DNA of 64,000 nucleotides from contig CANFHU010000014.1 in NCBI GenBank assembly GCA_947446925.1, forward strand, positions 409 through 64,408. The letters run 5' to 3'. The DNA comes from Flavobacteriia bacterium (GTDB lineage: Bacteria; Bacteroidota; Bacteroidia; Flavobacteriales_D; Crocinitomicaceae). Shown here piece by piece: positions 35,071-44,219 of the stretch. A program made the position numbers and the translations under genes. Below the pieces are notes generated by a model. That model made no database searches, had not been told where the DNA came from, and saw nothing but the letters and a program-made list of their open reading frames with translations. Numbering within the stretch: position 1 is the stretch's first letter; every line of letters begins with the position of its first letter.

Positions 35071-36753
35071 ATGTTGACACCTTTTAAAAATTCTGTTTCA
35101 AACATAGAGCTTCCCCGAAAATTCACTTTCCCGTTTTATTACGAACCACATCCAATTGCCTTACTTGCAGCAAAAGAATTACAAGAGTACATCGAGAACC
35201 AAAGCGACTTCGAACATAATTTTGGAATTGAATCCGGAAAAGATGGTTTAGTTATTGGTAAAATGTTTGGTGTATTAGTGGTTCAAAACGAAAATGGGGA
35301 ATTAGGATACCTTTCTGCATTTTCAGGGAAACTAGCCAAAGGAAATCATCACGAACGATTTGTTCCTCCGGTGTTTGATATCTTGAAAGAGGATGGTTTT
35401 TTTCGTAGACAAGAGGATATTATCAGCGCGATTAATCGTGAAATCGAACGCTTAGAAAACGCACCTGAATACTTGAATCAACTACAAGAAGAACAACTAA
35501 TTATCTCAACCACACAAAACGAGTTGGTCGTCATAAAAAGTGAAATAAAAACAAATAAGGCACAACGCGACCTACTTCGCAAGAAGTATCAAACACAACT
35601 TTCTTCCAATGAAATTGATCAAGCCACCTACGAACAACACTTACAAGAATTAGTTAAGCAGAGTCTCAAAGAAAGTTACTACCTAAAAGACAAAACACAG
35701 CAATCCAAAGTTGCAATCGAACTGACTAAAGCAAAAACGCAGTTATTCAAAGATACAATCGATGCATTAAAAGAAGAGCGAAAAGTAAAATCAGCTGCTT
35801 GTCAGCAAGAAATTTTCGATCATTATTATTTCTTAAATAAAGAAGGCCAACAAAAAAGTTTAGCGGCAATTTTTCATGCAACAGAAGATCAAAAACCACC
35901 CGCAGGAGCAGGGGAGTGCGCCGCTCCTAAATTGCTGCAGTATGCTTTTTTACATAAATTAAAACCAATCGCATTGGCGGAATTCTGGTGGGGACAATCA
36001 CCAAGTTCAGAAATTAAGAAACACGGGCATTTTTATCCTGCATGTCGCGGAAAATGTGAACCTATTTTAGGCCACATGTTGGAAGGCATCGAAATGGATG
36101 AAAATCCTATGCTAACAAATCCTGCTTTAGGCAAAGAATTACCTATCGTTTTTGAAGATGAGTATTTGGCGATTGTAAACAAACCTGCAGAATTTTTATC
36201 CGTACCCGGAAAAAATATTTCAGACTCGGTATACGAACGTGTTAGAACCCTCTACCCAAAAGCGACAGGCCCCTTAATCGTACATCGCCTAGATATGTCT
36301 ACTTCTGGATTAATGCTTATTGCAAAAACAAAAGAAGTTCATCAACACTTACAAAGTCAATTTTTAAAACGTACGGTCAAAAAAAGGTACGTTGCATTAC
36401 TTGATGGTATCATTAAAATCCCTTCTGGTGAAATCAACCTGCCATTACGTGTTGACCTCGATGATCGTCCGCGACAATTAGTTTGCAACGACTACGGTAA
36501 ATCAGCATTAACCCATTTTGAAACCATCGACACCAAAAAAAGAAGGACCAAGGTGTATTTTTATCCAGTGACAGGTCGCACACACCAATTGCGTGTGCAT
36601 GCAGCTCACCCACAAGGATTAAACACCCCGATTGTAGGCGACGACTTATACGGAACGAAAGAAGAACGTTTGCATTTACATGCAGAGAGTATTACGTTTC
36701 GTCATCCAATTAGCAAAGAGGTTGTTACGTTTCAAGTGGATGCGGAGTTTTAG
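35071..36753 (+). CDS. RluA-family pseudouridine synthase with a ~340-aa N-terminal extension
   Basis: C-terminal VHRLDMSTSGLMLIAK and HQLRVH. The N-terminal part has a coiled-coil insert and cysteine motifs GECAAPK and PACRGKC. Confidence 0.85.
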   Translation: MLTPFKNSVSNIELPRKFTFPFYYEPHPIALLAAKELQEYIENQSDFEHNFGIESGKDGLVIGKMFGVLVVQNENGELGYLSAFSGKLAKGNHHERFVPPVFDILKEDGFFRRQEDIISAINREIERLENAPEYLNQLQEEQLIISTTQNELVVIKSEIKTNKAQRDLLRKKYQTQLSSNEIDQATYEQHLQELVKQSLKESYYLKDKTQQSKVAIELTKAKTQLFKDTIDALKEERKVKSAACQQEIFDHYYFLNKEGQQKSLAAIFHATEDQKPPAGAGECAAPKLLQYAFLHKLKPIALAEFWWGQSPSSEIKKHGHFYPACRGKCEPILGHMLEGIEMDENPMLTNPALGKELPIVFEDEYLAIVNKPAEFLSVPGKNISDSVYERVRTLYPKATGPLIVHRLDMSTSGLMLIAKTKEVHQHLQSQFLKRTVKKRYVALLDGIIKIPSGEINLPLRVDLDDRPRQLVCNDYGKSALTHFETIDTKKRRTKVYFYPVTGRTHQLRVHAAHPQGLNTPIVGDDLYGTKEERLHLHAESITFRHPISKEVVTFQVDAEF

Positions 36754-36836
36754 TAATTCAATTTAAACTAAGTTTTTTGTAACCAAAACTGTTTTTTGAC
36801 ATTATTTAATGTATACCTCCCATTAAATCGTATCCT

Positions 36837-39200
36837 ATGAAATATACATTCTACTTTTTTTTTATTCTAATTAACAATTTCATTTTTTGTCAAACAAAAA
36901 TTTCGGGTAATATCGAATTTGAGAAAGACTCGATTTCAAGTCTTAATTTTTTAATTATAAATAAAAATGATTCCTCCGTATTTAAAACGTTTATAATTAA
37001 TGATAAACAATTTAATTTTGAAGTAGATAGAAATTTAGATTCGAATTTTTATTTTATGCTACTTTCCGAAGAATACAATGAATTGATAATTCCGATAACT
37101 CAAACTCAAAATCACTTTGATTTAGGTGTTTTAAACTTAAAAAAAGCAAAATCAATTGAAGAAGTAACGATTAAAAAACGTAAACGAATTATTGTTCAAG
37201 AAGATGATAAACTGATTGTAAATGTTGAAAATACGATTATTGGAAATTCTAATACTGTATTGGAATTATTAGGTAAAATCCCAAATGTACAGGTTCAAAA
37301 TAATAATATATCAATTGTTGGTCTTGGTAATGTTTTGATCTATTTAAATAGTAGAAGAATTAATATTGAAAGACTTCAAAGTATTCCTGTTAGCAGGGTT
37401 CAAAGAATTGAAGTTATCACAAATCCTTCTGCAATTTATGATGCATCAGGAAATGCAGTAATTAATATTATAACTAAGGTAAATACTTCCGAAGGTGTTC
37501 AATGTCAATTAAATGAAACTTTTACTATTGCCAAACATAATTTGAATTTAACATCGATTAATACAAATTATAAAAAAGGTAAACTTTCTATTTATTCTGA
37601 TTTTTCTAAATTTTCGGGGACAGATTGGGGAAATATAAAGGCTACTAAGAGTATTAATCTTCCATCAGATGTAATTAATTCTAATACTATTATAACCGAA
37701 CAAAACAAAAACACCAACGTATTGAATTACAGATACGGTATGGAATATCAACTTACTAAAAACAATTTAATTTCATTACAATATGATGGTGATTACAATA
37801 AATTAGATCTTAATACATCATCTATATCACGACAAGAAAGATTAAATAATAATATCGATGTTTCTGCTCTAAATACTGGGAGAAATCTAAGTAAAAATAA
37901 TTCTATTAATTTAAATTTTTCAAGTAGTAGGGATAGTTTAGGCAGTTTATTGTTTATTGGAGCGCAATACAGTGTTTTCAATGCTAATAACAATGATTTA
38001 ATTTTTGAAAATATTTCAGGAAAAACATTTCAAAATTCTTCAAATAAAAATAATATTGGAAATAATAATATTTCACTTTTTGTAACACAAGTAGACTATA
38101 CAAAAGTTTTAAAAAATGCTTTAAAGTTTGAAATGGGTTATAAATATGCGGAAAATGTAAATGCATCTTCTTTTGAATTTAAAACAAAGCAAGAAAATGC
38201 TATTCTATGGGAAACTTATCCCCAGTTTTCTAATTCAATTTTATACAAAGAAAAAATAAATGCATTTTATCTTCAAATGAATAAAACGATTGGTCCATTA
38301 ATGTTTCAATTAGGTAATAGAACAGAACTATCCAAAATAGATTCAAGATCAGTATTATTAGATAAAAAATATGTTGATACTTTTTACACTAATTTTTTTC
38401 CAACGATGAAAATAGGATACAAACTATCTCCAAAACTAAGATTTGTGTTGACTTTTACCTCACGTATCATTAGACCAACCTATCAAGATTTTGATCCTTT
38501 TATTCTTTATGCAGATACATTGATGGCTCAAACAGGAAATACAAAATTGGTCCCTGAAAAAAAATATAACATTGAATTTAAAACTATGTTCTTAAATTAT
38601 AGTTGGAAAATTTCCTACGTAAGCGTGTTAAATCCAATTTTAACTATACCTCAAATAAATAATTCAAGTAGCATTCTGTTTAAGCAAAATAATGGAGGTT
38701 CTGCTAATATATTTCTAACTTCACTTAACCTACCTTTTGAGTTTAAGAAATTTCAAAGTATTAATACAGTTACTTTTTCTTATGTTATCATAAATACTTC
38801 TCCCTATGTTAGTTCAATAAAATCAAGTCCCAAATTATATGTCTATTCATATAATTCTTTAAATATTCAAGATAAACTGAATGTTGATATGATTTTTGAT
38901 TATAATTCATCATTTTCAAATGGTTATTTGAGTTTTAAACCAATGTATTCCCTAGGTATAGGAGTATCTAAACAATTTCTTGATAAGAATTTGAATGTAA
39001 ACGTGAATATTAATGATTGTTTGAGAACCTACTATGAGGGAGTTAATCAAAACATATCAATTTTTAAATTAACCTCTCATTCAAATTCAAATACTTTTTT
39101 TATAAGGTTTAGTTTGAGTTATAAATTCGGGAAATTGACAGAATTAACGTATTCAAATAAATCAGTAGGTGATAATGAAATAGAAAGAATTAAAAAATAA
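36837..39200 (+). CDS. Outer-membrane beta-barrel / TonB-dependent-receptor-like protein
   Basis: Signal sequence, a carboxypeptidase-regulatory-like N-terminal region, a plug-like segment (...RIEVITNPSAIYDASGNAVINIITK), and an N/S-rich barrel ending FIRFSLSYKFG. Confidence 0.7.
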   Translation: MKYTFYFFFILINNFIFCQTKISGNIEFEKDSISSLNFLIINKNDSSVFKTFIINDKQFNFEVDRNLDSNFYFMLLSEEYNELIIPITQTQNHFDLGVLNLKKAKSIEEVTIKKRKRIIVQEDDKLIVNVENTIIGNSNTVLELLGKIPNVQVQNNNISIVGLGNVLIYLNSRRINIERLQSIPVSRVQRIEVITNPSAIYDASGNAVINIITKVNTSEGVQCQLNETFTIAKHNLNLTSINTNYKKGKLSIYSDFSKFSGTDWGNIKATKSINLPSDVINSNTIITEQNKNTNVLNYRYGMEYQLTKNNLISLQYDGDYNKLDLNTSSISRQERLNNNIDVSALNTGRNLSKNNSINLNFSSSRDSLGSLLFIGAQYSVFNANNNDLIFENISGKTFQNSSNKNNIGNNNISLFVTQVDYTKVLKNALKFEMGYKYAENVNASSFEFKTKQENAILWETYPQFSNSILYKEKINAFYLQMNKTIGPLMFQLGNRTELSKIDSRSVLLDKKYVDTFYTNFFPTMKIGYKLSPKLRFVLTFTSRIIRPTYQDFDPFILYADTLMAQTGNTKLVPEKKYNIEFKTMFLNYSWKISYVSVLNPILTIPQINNSSSILFKQNNGGSANIFLTSLNLPFEFKKFQSINTVTFSYVIINTSPYVSSIKSSPKLYVYSYNSLNIQDKLNVDMIFDYNSSFSNGYLSFKPMYSLGIGVSKQFLDKNLNVNVNINDCLRTYYEGVNQNISIFKLTSHSNSNTFFIRFSLSYKFGKLTELTYSNKSVGDNEIERIKK

Positions 39201-39251
39201 TTCTGAATTTTTTGTATAAATTCATACTGGTAATAATAACTCTTATTTATC

Positions 39252-39626
39252 ATGAACCCTCAAATCACCTCCTACATCGCTTCTTGTCCTCCACAAGCGC
39301 AAGAGCACCTCAATAACCTTCGTAACTTTATACTACAAGAAGTTCCACAAGCGGAAGAAGTGATTAGTTATAAAATGCCTGCATATAAATTACATGGTAT
39401 GTTGGTGTATTTTGCGGGATATGAAAAACATATAGGTTTCTATCCTACAGGTTCTGGAATTAAACAGTTTGAGCAAGAGATTCAATCGTATAAATATTCC
39501 AAAGGAACAATTCAATTTCCTTTAGATCGGGAACTTCCTTACGATTTGATTCGAAGAATCATCCAATTTCGTGTTCAAGAAAATAAACTGAAATTAGCCG
39601 CGAAAAAAAATGGAAAAAACCTGTAG
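39252..39626 (+). CDS. DUF1801 (YdhG-like) domain protein
   Basis: ISYKMPAYKLHGMLVYFAGYEKHIGFYP pattern. Confidence 0.75.
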   Translation: MNPQITSYIASCPPQAQEHLNNLRNFILQEVPQAEEVISYKMPAYKLHGMLVYFAGYEKHIGFYPTGSGIKQFEQEIQSYKYSKGTIQFPLDRELPYDLIRRIIQFRVQENKLKLAAKKNGKNL

Positions 39627-39861
39627 TAACGGACATACTTTTTTCAAGACGAGTAATTGTTCTGTTTGCCCGTTATGTGAAAAAGAACGCACGCCTGTTG
39701 CTGATTTTTTAACCCTGTTTCCTGCGCCCGCTCGCCGTGCGCTAGAGAATCATGGTATTATCACGTTAGAACGTTTAGCGGCTACATCAGAATCTGAATT
39801 GCTCTCCTATCACGGTTTTGGACCAAGTAGTATTGACATTGTTCGTAGGTTGGTTATTTAA
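39610..39861 (+). CDS. Small Zn-ribbon + helix-hairpin-helix (RNA polymerase alpha-CTD-like) protein
   Basis: CSNGH...CSVCPLC is followed by ARRALENHGIITLERLAATSESELLSYHGFGPSSI. The gene overlaps the upstream gene by 17 nt. Confidence 0.5.
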   Translation: MEKTCSNGHTFFKTSNCSVCPLCEKERTPVADFLTLFPAPARRALENHGIITLERLAATSESELLSYHGFGPSSIDIVRRLVI

Positions 39862-39877
39862 AACTATCAAGTTATTA

Positions 39878-39919
39878 TTTATTAGTAGGGATAAGGCATG
39901 CCTTATGCCTACTAATAAA
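39878..39919. terminator. 42-bp near-perfect palindrome, probable bidirectional terminator
   Basis: TTTATTAGTAGGGATAAGGCATGCCTTATGCCTACTAATAAA has a single mismatched pair. It lies between convergent genes. Confidence 0.7.
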
Positions 39920-39960
39920 CAATAACTTAAAATCATTTTTCACAATAAACAAATAATACA

Positions 39961-40002
39961 ATAACTAATTTTCAAATTAACTAATCTTCAAATCTTCAAA
40001 TC
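39961..40002. repeat. AACTAAT / CTTCAAAT word repeats
   Basis: 39967-39994 is identical to 16082-16109 (28 nt). Confidence 0.85.
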
Positions 40003-40249
40003 AATCATCATACTCCCCCTGCAACGCATACCATCCGAACTTCAACAACCCACCAACAATAATCGGCATCAGTACAAATAGGATAATTATACCAAACACC
40101 AAATCATCATTCCCTTTAGCATGTGCTACCTTTGGCCAACCAAAATCAGCAATCCCAAAATAAGCACAGGCTACCGCTAACAACAACCAAACAATTCCCA
40201 ATATTCTTTTTAATTTATTCATCTCTTTTATTTTATCATTTAAACCCAA
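40001..40249 (-). CDS. Small two-TM membrane protein (hypothetical)
   Basis: 82 aa with two hydrophobic helices, immediately downstream of the MFS gene. Confidence 0.45.
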   Translation of the reverse strand: MGLNDKIKEMNKLKRILGIVWLLLAVACAYFGIADFGWPKVAHAKGNDDLVFGIIILFVLMPIIVGGLLKFGWYALQGEYDD

Positions 40250-40321
40250 CCTCGATAATATCCGTTTTATCGTCCTTCCCTCAAAAATATTATACCACTT
40301 TATACAATACTATTATTTCAT

Positions 40322-40407
40322 CCCTCCGGTGGCTGAGGCTCTCGAAGCCCCGTCACTCCGTCACCCGTCACTCGTCACTTCGTCACTTCGTCACTCGAAG
40401 TGTCACT
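40322..40407. repeat. REP-like unit CCCTCCGGTGGCTGAGGCTCTCGAAGCCC followed by tandem GTCAC-words
   Basis: The first 37 nt match 42114-42150 at 35/37. Seven GTCAC words follow, and the last ones contain the MFS stop codon. Confidence 0.85.
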
Positions 40408-41962
40408 CAATATTCCGCTTCTTTCCATTAATATACACCATCCCAATCACAAAACAAACCCCAGAAACAATAATCGGATACCACAATCCTTCTAGATAAG
40501 GTTTATCAAAGGGTAAATTCGTTCCTGTTTTTTCTGCTAATGCATTCGCATCGTTTGCTTTCGATGCTAAATAAGTTGCAACTGCAGGCAATAAACCACC
40601 AAAGACACCATTACCAATGTGGTAGGGTAGAGACATCGAAGTGTAGCGTATGTTCGTAGGGAAAATCTCTACCAAAAATGCGGCAATAGGACCATAAACC
40701 ATCGTTACAAAAATCACTTGGAAGAAAACCATCCAAATCAAGGTCCATTTATCTCTAGAGTTTATCGTGATTGCAATCTTTGTTTCTTCTTTTACAATAG
40801 TTAATTCACCTTGTTTTTTAAGTAGTTGAATGGTTTTGGTTTCCGTTTTAACGGTTTGATCGGTATAATAAAAGGTATTGTTATATACAGAATCTTTTAA
40901 TCCAGTTTTAGGGTTCAAAACGAGATCTACATTTTTTGTATGTTTCGTTGCGATTTCAGTTTTATGTTTTACAGAAACAGTTTGATACATTTTTTCATAA
41001 ATAGGTCGATAGGCAAACATGGCAAGTAGCATTCCCGCTAGCATGATTTTCTTGCGACCAATTTTATCGGATAAAGCACCAAATACCAGGAAGAAAGGAG
41101 TTCCCATCAAGAGAGCAATGGCAATCAACATATCCGATTGCATTTTATCCACCATACAGATTTTCTCGATAAAACTCATGGCGTAAAATTGACCTGTATA
41201 CCAAACTACACCTTGCCCCATCGTAGCCCCAAAAAGTGCGAGCAACACATATTTGAAATTTTGTTTGTTTCCGAAACTTTCTTTTAACGGATTTTTCGAA
41301 ACGTGACCTTCGGCTTTTACTTTCGCAAATAAAGGGGATTCATCCATGTTTTTTCGAATAATATACGAAACAGCTACCATGATGATTGATACCCAAAACG
41401 GTACGCGCCATCCCCATGCATTAAATGCTTCTTTCGAAATAGCTAAACGTGTCCCCATAATGACCAACAATGATATAAATAACCCCACCGTTGCAGTCGT
41501 CTGAATCCAGGAAGTCCAATAACCACGTTTATTCGCAGGTGCATGTTCCGCAACATAAGTCGCTGCCCCTCCATATTCCCCACCAAGTGCTAGTCCTTGC
41601 AAAAGTCTTAATAGTAAAACTAATACCGGAGCCATAAATCCAATGGATTCATACGACGGAATACATCCTATCATAAAAGTTGCCCCACCCATCAAGAGTA
41701 GCGTAACCATAAACGTGTATTTTCGTCCAATCAAATCACCCAAACGTCCAAAAAATAATGCACCAAATGGACGCACAACAAATCCAGCAGCAAAAGTCGC
41801 TAACGTTGCTAAAAATGCAGCAGTAGGATTTTCCGCAGGGAAAAATTTAGTAGAAATGATGGTTGCTAAACTACCGAATATGTAAAAATCATACCATTCA
41901 ATTAACGTACCGACAGAGGAAGCACCAATTATTTTCCAAAGTCCTTTTGTTTCTGTAGCCAT
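40403..41962 (-). CDS. MFS transporter, metabolite:H+ symporter (MHS) family
   Basis: GTLIEWYDFYIFGSLA and GRLGDLIGRK motifs. 12 TM segments, with a hydrophilic insert of ~85 aa. Confidence 0.85.
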   Translation of the reverse strand: MATETKGLWKIIGASSVGTLIEWYDFYIFGSLATIISTKFFPAENPTAAFLATLATFAAGFVVRPFGALFFGRLGDLIGRKYTFMVTLLLMGGATFMIGCIPSYESIGFMAPVLVLLLRLLQGLALGGEYGGAATYVAEHAPANKRGYWTSWIQTTATVGLFISLLVIMGTRLAISKEAFNAWGWRVPFWVSIIMVAVSYIIRKNMDESPLFAKVKAEGHVSKNPLKESFGNKQNFKYVLLALFGATMGQGVVWYTGQFYAMSFIEKICMVDKMQSDMLIAIALLMGTPFFLVFGALSDKIGRKKIMLAGMLLAMFAYRPIYEKMYQTVSVKHKTEIATKHTKNVDLVLNPKTGLKDSVYNNTFYYTDQTVKTETKTIQLLKKQGELTIVKEETKIAITINSRDKWTLIWMVFFQVIFVTMVYGPIAAFLVEIFPTNIRYTSMSLPYHIGNGVFGGLLPAVATYLASKANDANALAEKTGTNLPFDKPYLEGLWYPIIVSGVCFVIGMVYINGKKRNIE

Positions 41963-42113
41963 AAATCTTTGTGAGTTATCTATTTACACGAATATAAAAT
42001 AAATAAATTGAAAGTTCATCAAATTTCTTTATTTACAATACACAGTTAACCTTACCTACCATATTCACACATCCACTTCTCTTATAAGGCTTCACTCATC
42101 ACTCATCTCTCGT

Positions 42114-42160
42114 CCCTTCGGTGGCTGAGGCTCTCGAAGCCCAGTCACTCATTACTCATT
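42114..42160. repeat. Second copy of the GGTGGCTGAGGCTCTCGAAGCCC unit with a GTCACTC/ATTACTC tail
   Basis: Same orientation as the 40322 copy, on the other side of the MFS gene. Confidence 0.8.
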
Positions 42161-42253
42161 TGTTATTCCTAAAATAAATTTTTGTTAATCATTGATATTG
42201 TAAAGAAGAATGACTAAATTTAAGTGAGGTTGAACAATGTAATACTTTGCGCC

Positions 42254-43120
42254 ATGAGACAGCTAAAAATTGTAAAACAAGTTACCAACAGAGAAGTAGC
42301 TTCTTTAGATAAATACCTACAAGAGATAAGTCGTGAAGGAATGATTTCCGCGGATGAAGAAGTAGAATTAGCCGTGCGAATTAAAGCTGGCGATCAACGC
42401 GCATTGGAAAAGTTAACCCGTGCTAATCTTCGTTTTGTCGTTTCTGTGGCAAAACAATACCAAAACCAAGGGATGACCCTTCCAGATTTAATCAATGAAG
42501 GAAATGTCGGATTGATAAAAGCTGCAGAACGTTTTGATGAAACCCGTGGGTTTAAATTCATTTCATATGCTGTTTGGTGGATTAGACAAGCGATATTACA
42601 AGCATTGGCAGAACAAGCACGTATTGTGCGACTTCCATTAAATAAAATCGGAACAATCAATAAATTGAATCGCGCTTTTTCAGAACTAGAGCAAAAATAT
42701 GAAAGACCTCCAAGCGCTGAAGAATTAGCGGAATTTATGGGAGTTTCTGTTTCAGATGTAAAACAATCACTGCAATCAAACGGTCGACATGTTTCCATGG
42801 ATGCACCATTAACAGAAGGGGATGAATCTTCTTCTAGTTTATACGATGTACTTCCAAATACCTATTCCGATACGCCAGATGTAGATTTGGTGAAAGATTC
42901 GTTACGCAAAGATATTGAACGCTCTTTGTCAACGCTCACAAGTAGAGAAGGGGAGGTGGTAAGGCTTTATTTTGGACTAAATGGACGTTATCCTCTGACT
43001 TTAGAAGAAATTGGCGATAAATTTGACCTTACAAGAGAAAGAGTGCGTCAAATCAAAGAAAAAGCGATTCGTAGAATGAAACATACTTCTAGAAGTAAAA
43101 TGTTGAAAAACTACCTTTGA
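42254..43120 (+). CDS. rpoD: RNA polymerase primary sigma factor (Bacteroidetes sigma-A)
   Basis: Regions 2-4 are present: [35 protein letters not shown] and [20 protein letters not shown]. The ATG at 42254 gives 288 aa. Confidence 0.9.
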   Translation: MRQLKIVKQVTNREVASLDKYLQEISREGMISADEEVELAVRIKAGDQRALEKLTRANLRFVVSVAKQYQNQGMTLPDLINEGNVGLIKAAERFDETRGFKFISYAVWWIRQAILQALAEQARIVRLPLNKIGTINKLNRAFSELEQKYERPPSAEELAEFMGVSVSDVKQSLQSNGRHVSMDAPLTEGDESSSSLYDVLPNTYSDTPDVDLVKDSLRKDIERSLSTLTSREGEVVRLYFGLNGRYPLTLEEIGDKFDLTRERVRQIKEKAIRRMKHTSRSKMLKNYL

Positions 43121-43193
43121 GAATTATGAATTAGTGAGGCATAAATCTTCCCCCTTTGGAAATTCCCGAAAGCGTTCAGGAGAGGGGGAGGAT

Positions 43194-44090
43194 TTAATTA
43201 ACTGGATAATATATTAAATGCACATAATCCTTTTTTTTATTGATAATATAAAGTTCACTTCTGATTATTTGAAGATTTAATAAAATTTCATTTTCCTTTT
43301 TTAGTTGAAAATATGTACGATTTACCATTTCGATTCGACAGCGTATTACGTTTTCATTGTTCCAATTTACGTTCAAAGTGTCTGGAGTAGTTAAACTTTT
43401 AATAACTAATACCTCACTTTTATCAATAAACCGGATACTATAATATAATTGTGAGTCTAAATCATTTTTAATGTATTGACAATAGAATCCATCCGTACGA
43501 ATTGAATAAAAAGGATTGTTAAAATCGATAAGATTTAAACTTAAAATATTTTTTCTTAAAAGGTTAATAGCGTCAGCATAATATTTCCCCAATTCATTCC
43601 AATTTAATTTAGTTTTTACACTGTAATTAAAATGTCCTATTGGGTCGTAAAAAAATAATTTTTCGCTTAATTTTTTAAAATTATATGTAGTTTTAGATAA
43701 AGTTGGGGCTGAAAGGTCAGGTTTATAGACTGTATAACTCTTTATTTCAAGTTCTTTGTCAAAATTAATTTCATAATTAATTGTTCCTTTTAGGTAGTAA
43801 CTTACATAACTTGCACGATTCAAATTTTTACGATCGTATTCAATTTCGAACCCATCTACTAAACCGTTGGAGTAGTGAGTAAAACGCACAAAACTTTTAG
43901 TTTCGACCTTTAGCCATCCTGTCAATAAGCATTTGTCTTTTGCTTTATATATTTGTTTCTTATTATGCAAGAAATCTATTTGTTCAAGAGTGTAGATAGA
44001 ATCATTTAATCCCCAAATTTCTTGAGAATGAACATATAAAGTGAAATGCATCGAGATAAATACAACTATTATTTTTAGAATATTTTTCAT
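43194..44090 (-). CDS. Hypothetical secreted protein
   Basis: Signal peptide MKNILKIIVVFISMHFTLYVHSQ. The gene is AT-rich. There is weak YwqK/MORN-like repeat resemblance only. Confidence 0.4.
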   Translation of the reverse strand: MKNILKIIVVFISMHFTLYVHSQEIWGLNDSIYTLEQIDFLHNKKQIYKAKDKCLLTGWLKVETKSFVRFTHYSNGLVDGFEIEYDRKNLNRASYVSYYLKGTINYEINFDKELEIKSYTVYKPDLSAPTLSKTTYNFKKLSEKLFFYDPIGHFNYSVKTKLNWNELGKYYADAINLLRKNILSLNLIDFNNPFYSIRTDGFYCQYIKNDLDSQLYYSIRFIDKSEVLVIKSLTTPDTLNVNWNNENVIRCRIEMVNRTYFQLKKENEILLNLQIIRSELYIINKKKDYVHLIYYPVN

Positions 44091-44219
44091 TCAGTTTCGT
44101 TTATCAAGCATTTTTAACTCCTCTCTTAATCCCTCCAAGAAAGGTGAAGTTCAACCGTATTTAAGAAATAAATATACTTTTTTTATTTAATTGTTGGTTA
44201 GAATACAAGAAGGGTCAAA

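Noticed and set aside
40351-40407. Possible CRISPR array or other regular repeat-spacer structure, here and in the other repeat-rich gaps (3340-3440, 19830-19992, 24556-24735, 33780-33935, 60895-61040).
   Set aside because: The repeats are 5-16-nt words in tandem, or 40-90-nt units present in two copies. There are no 25-40-nt repeats separated by unique spacers of similar length, and no cas genes.
40123-40431. 102-aa plus-strand ORF (…SVTRHSSLRHFVTRSVTQ…).
   Set aside because: It is a translation of the GTCAC word repeats and REP unit, and it overlaps two real minus-strand genes.
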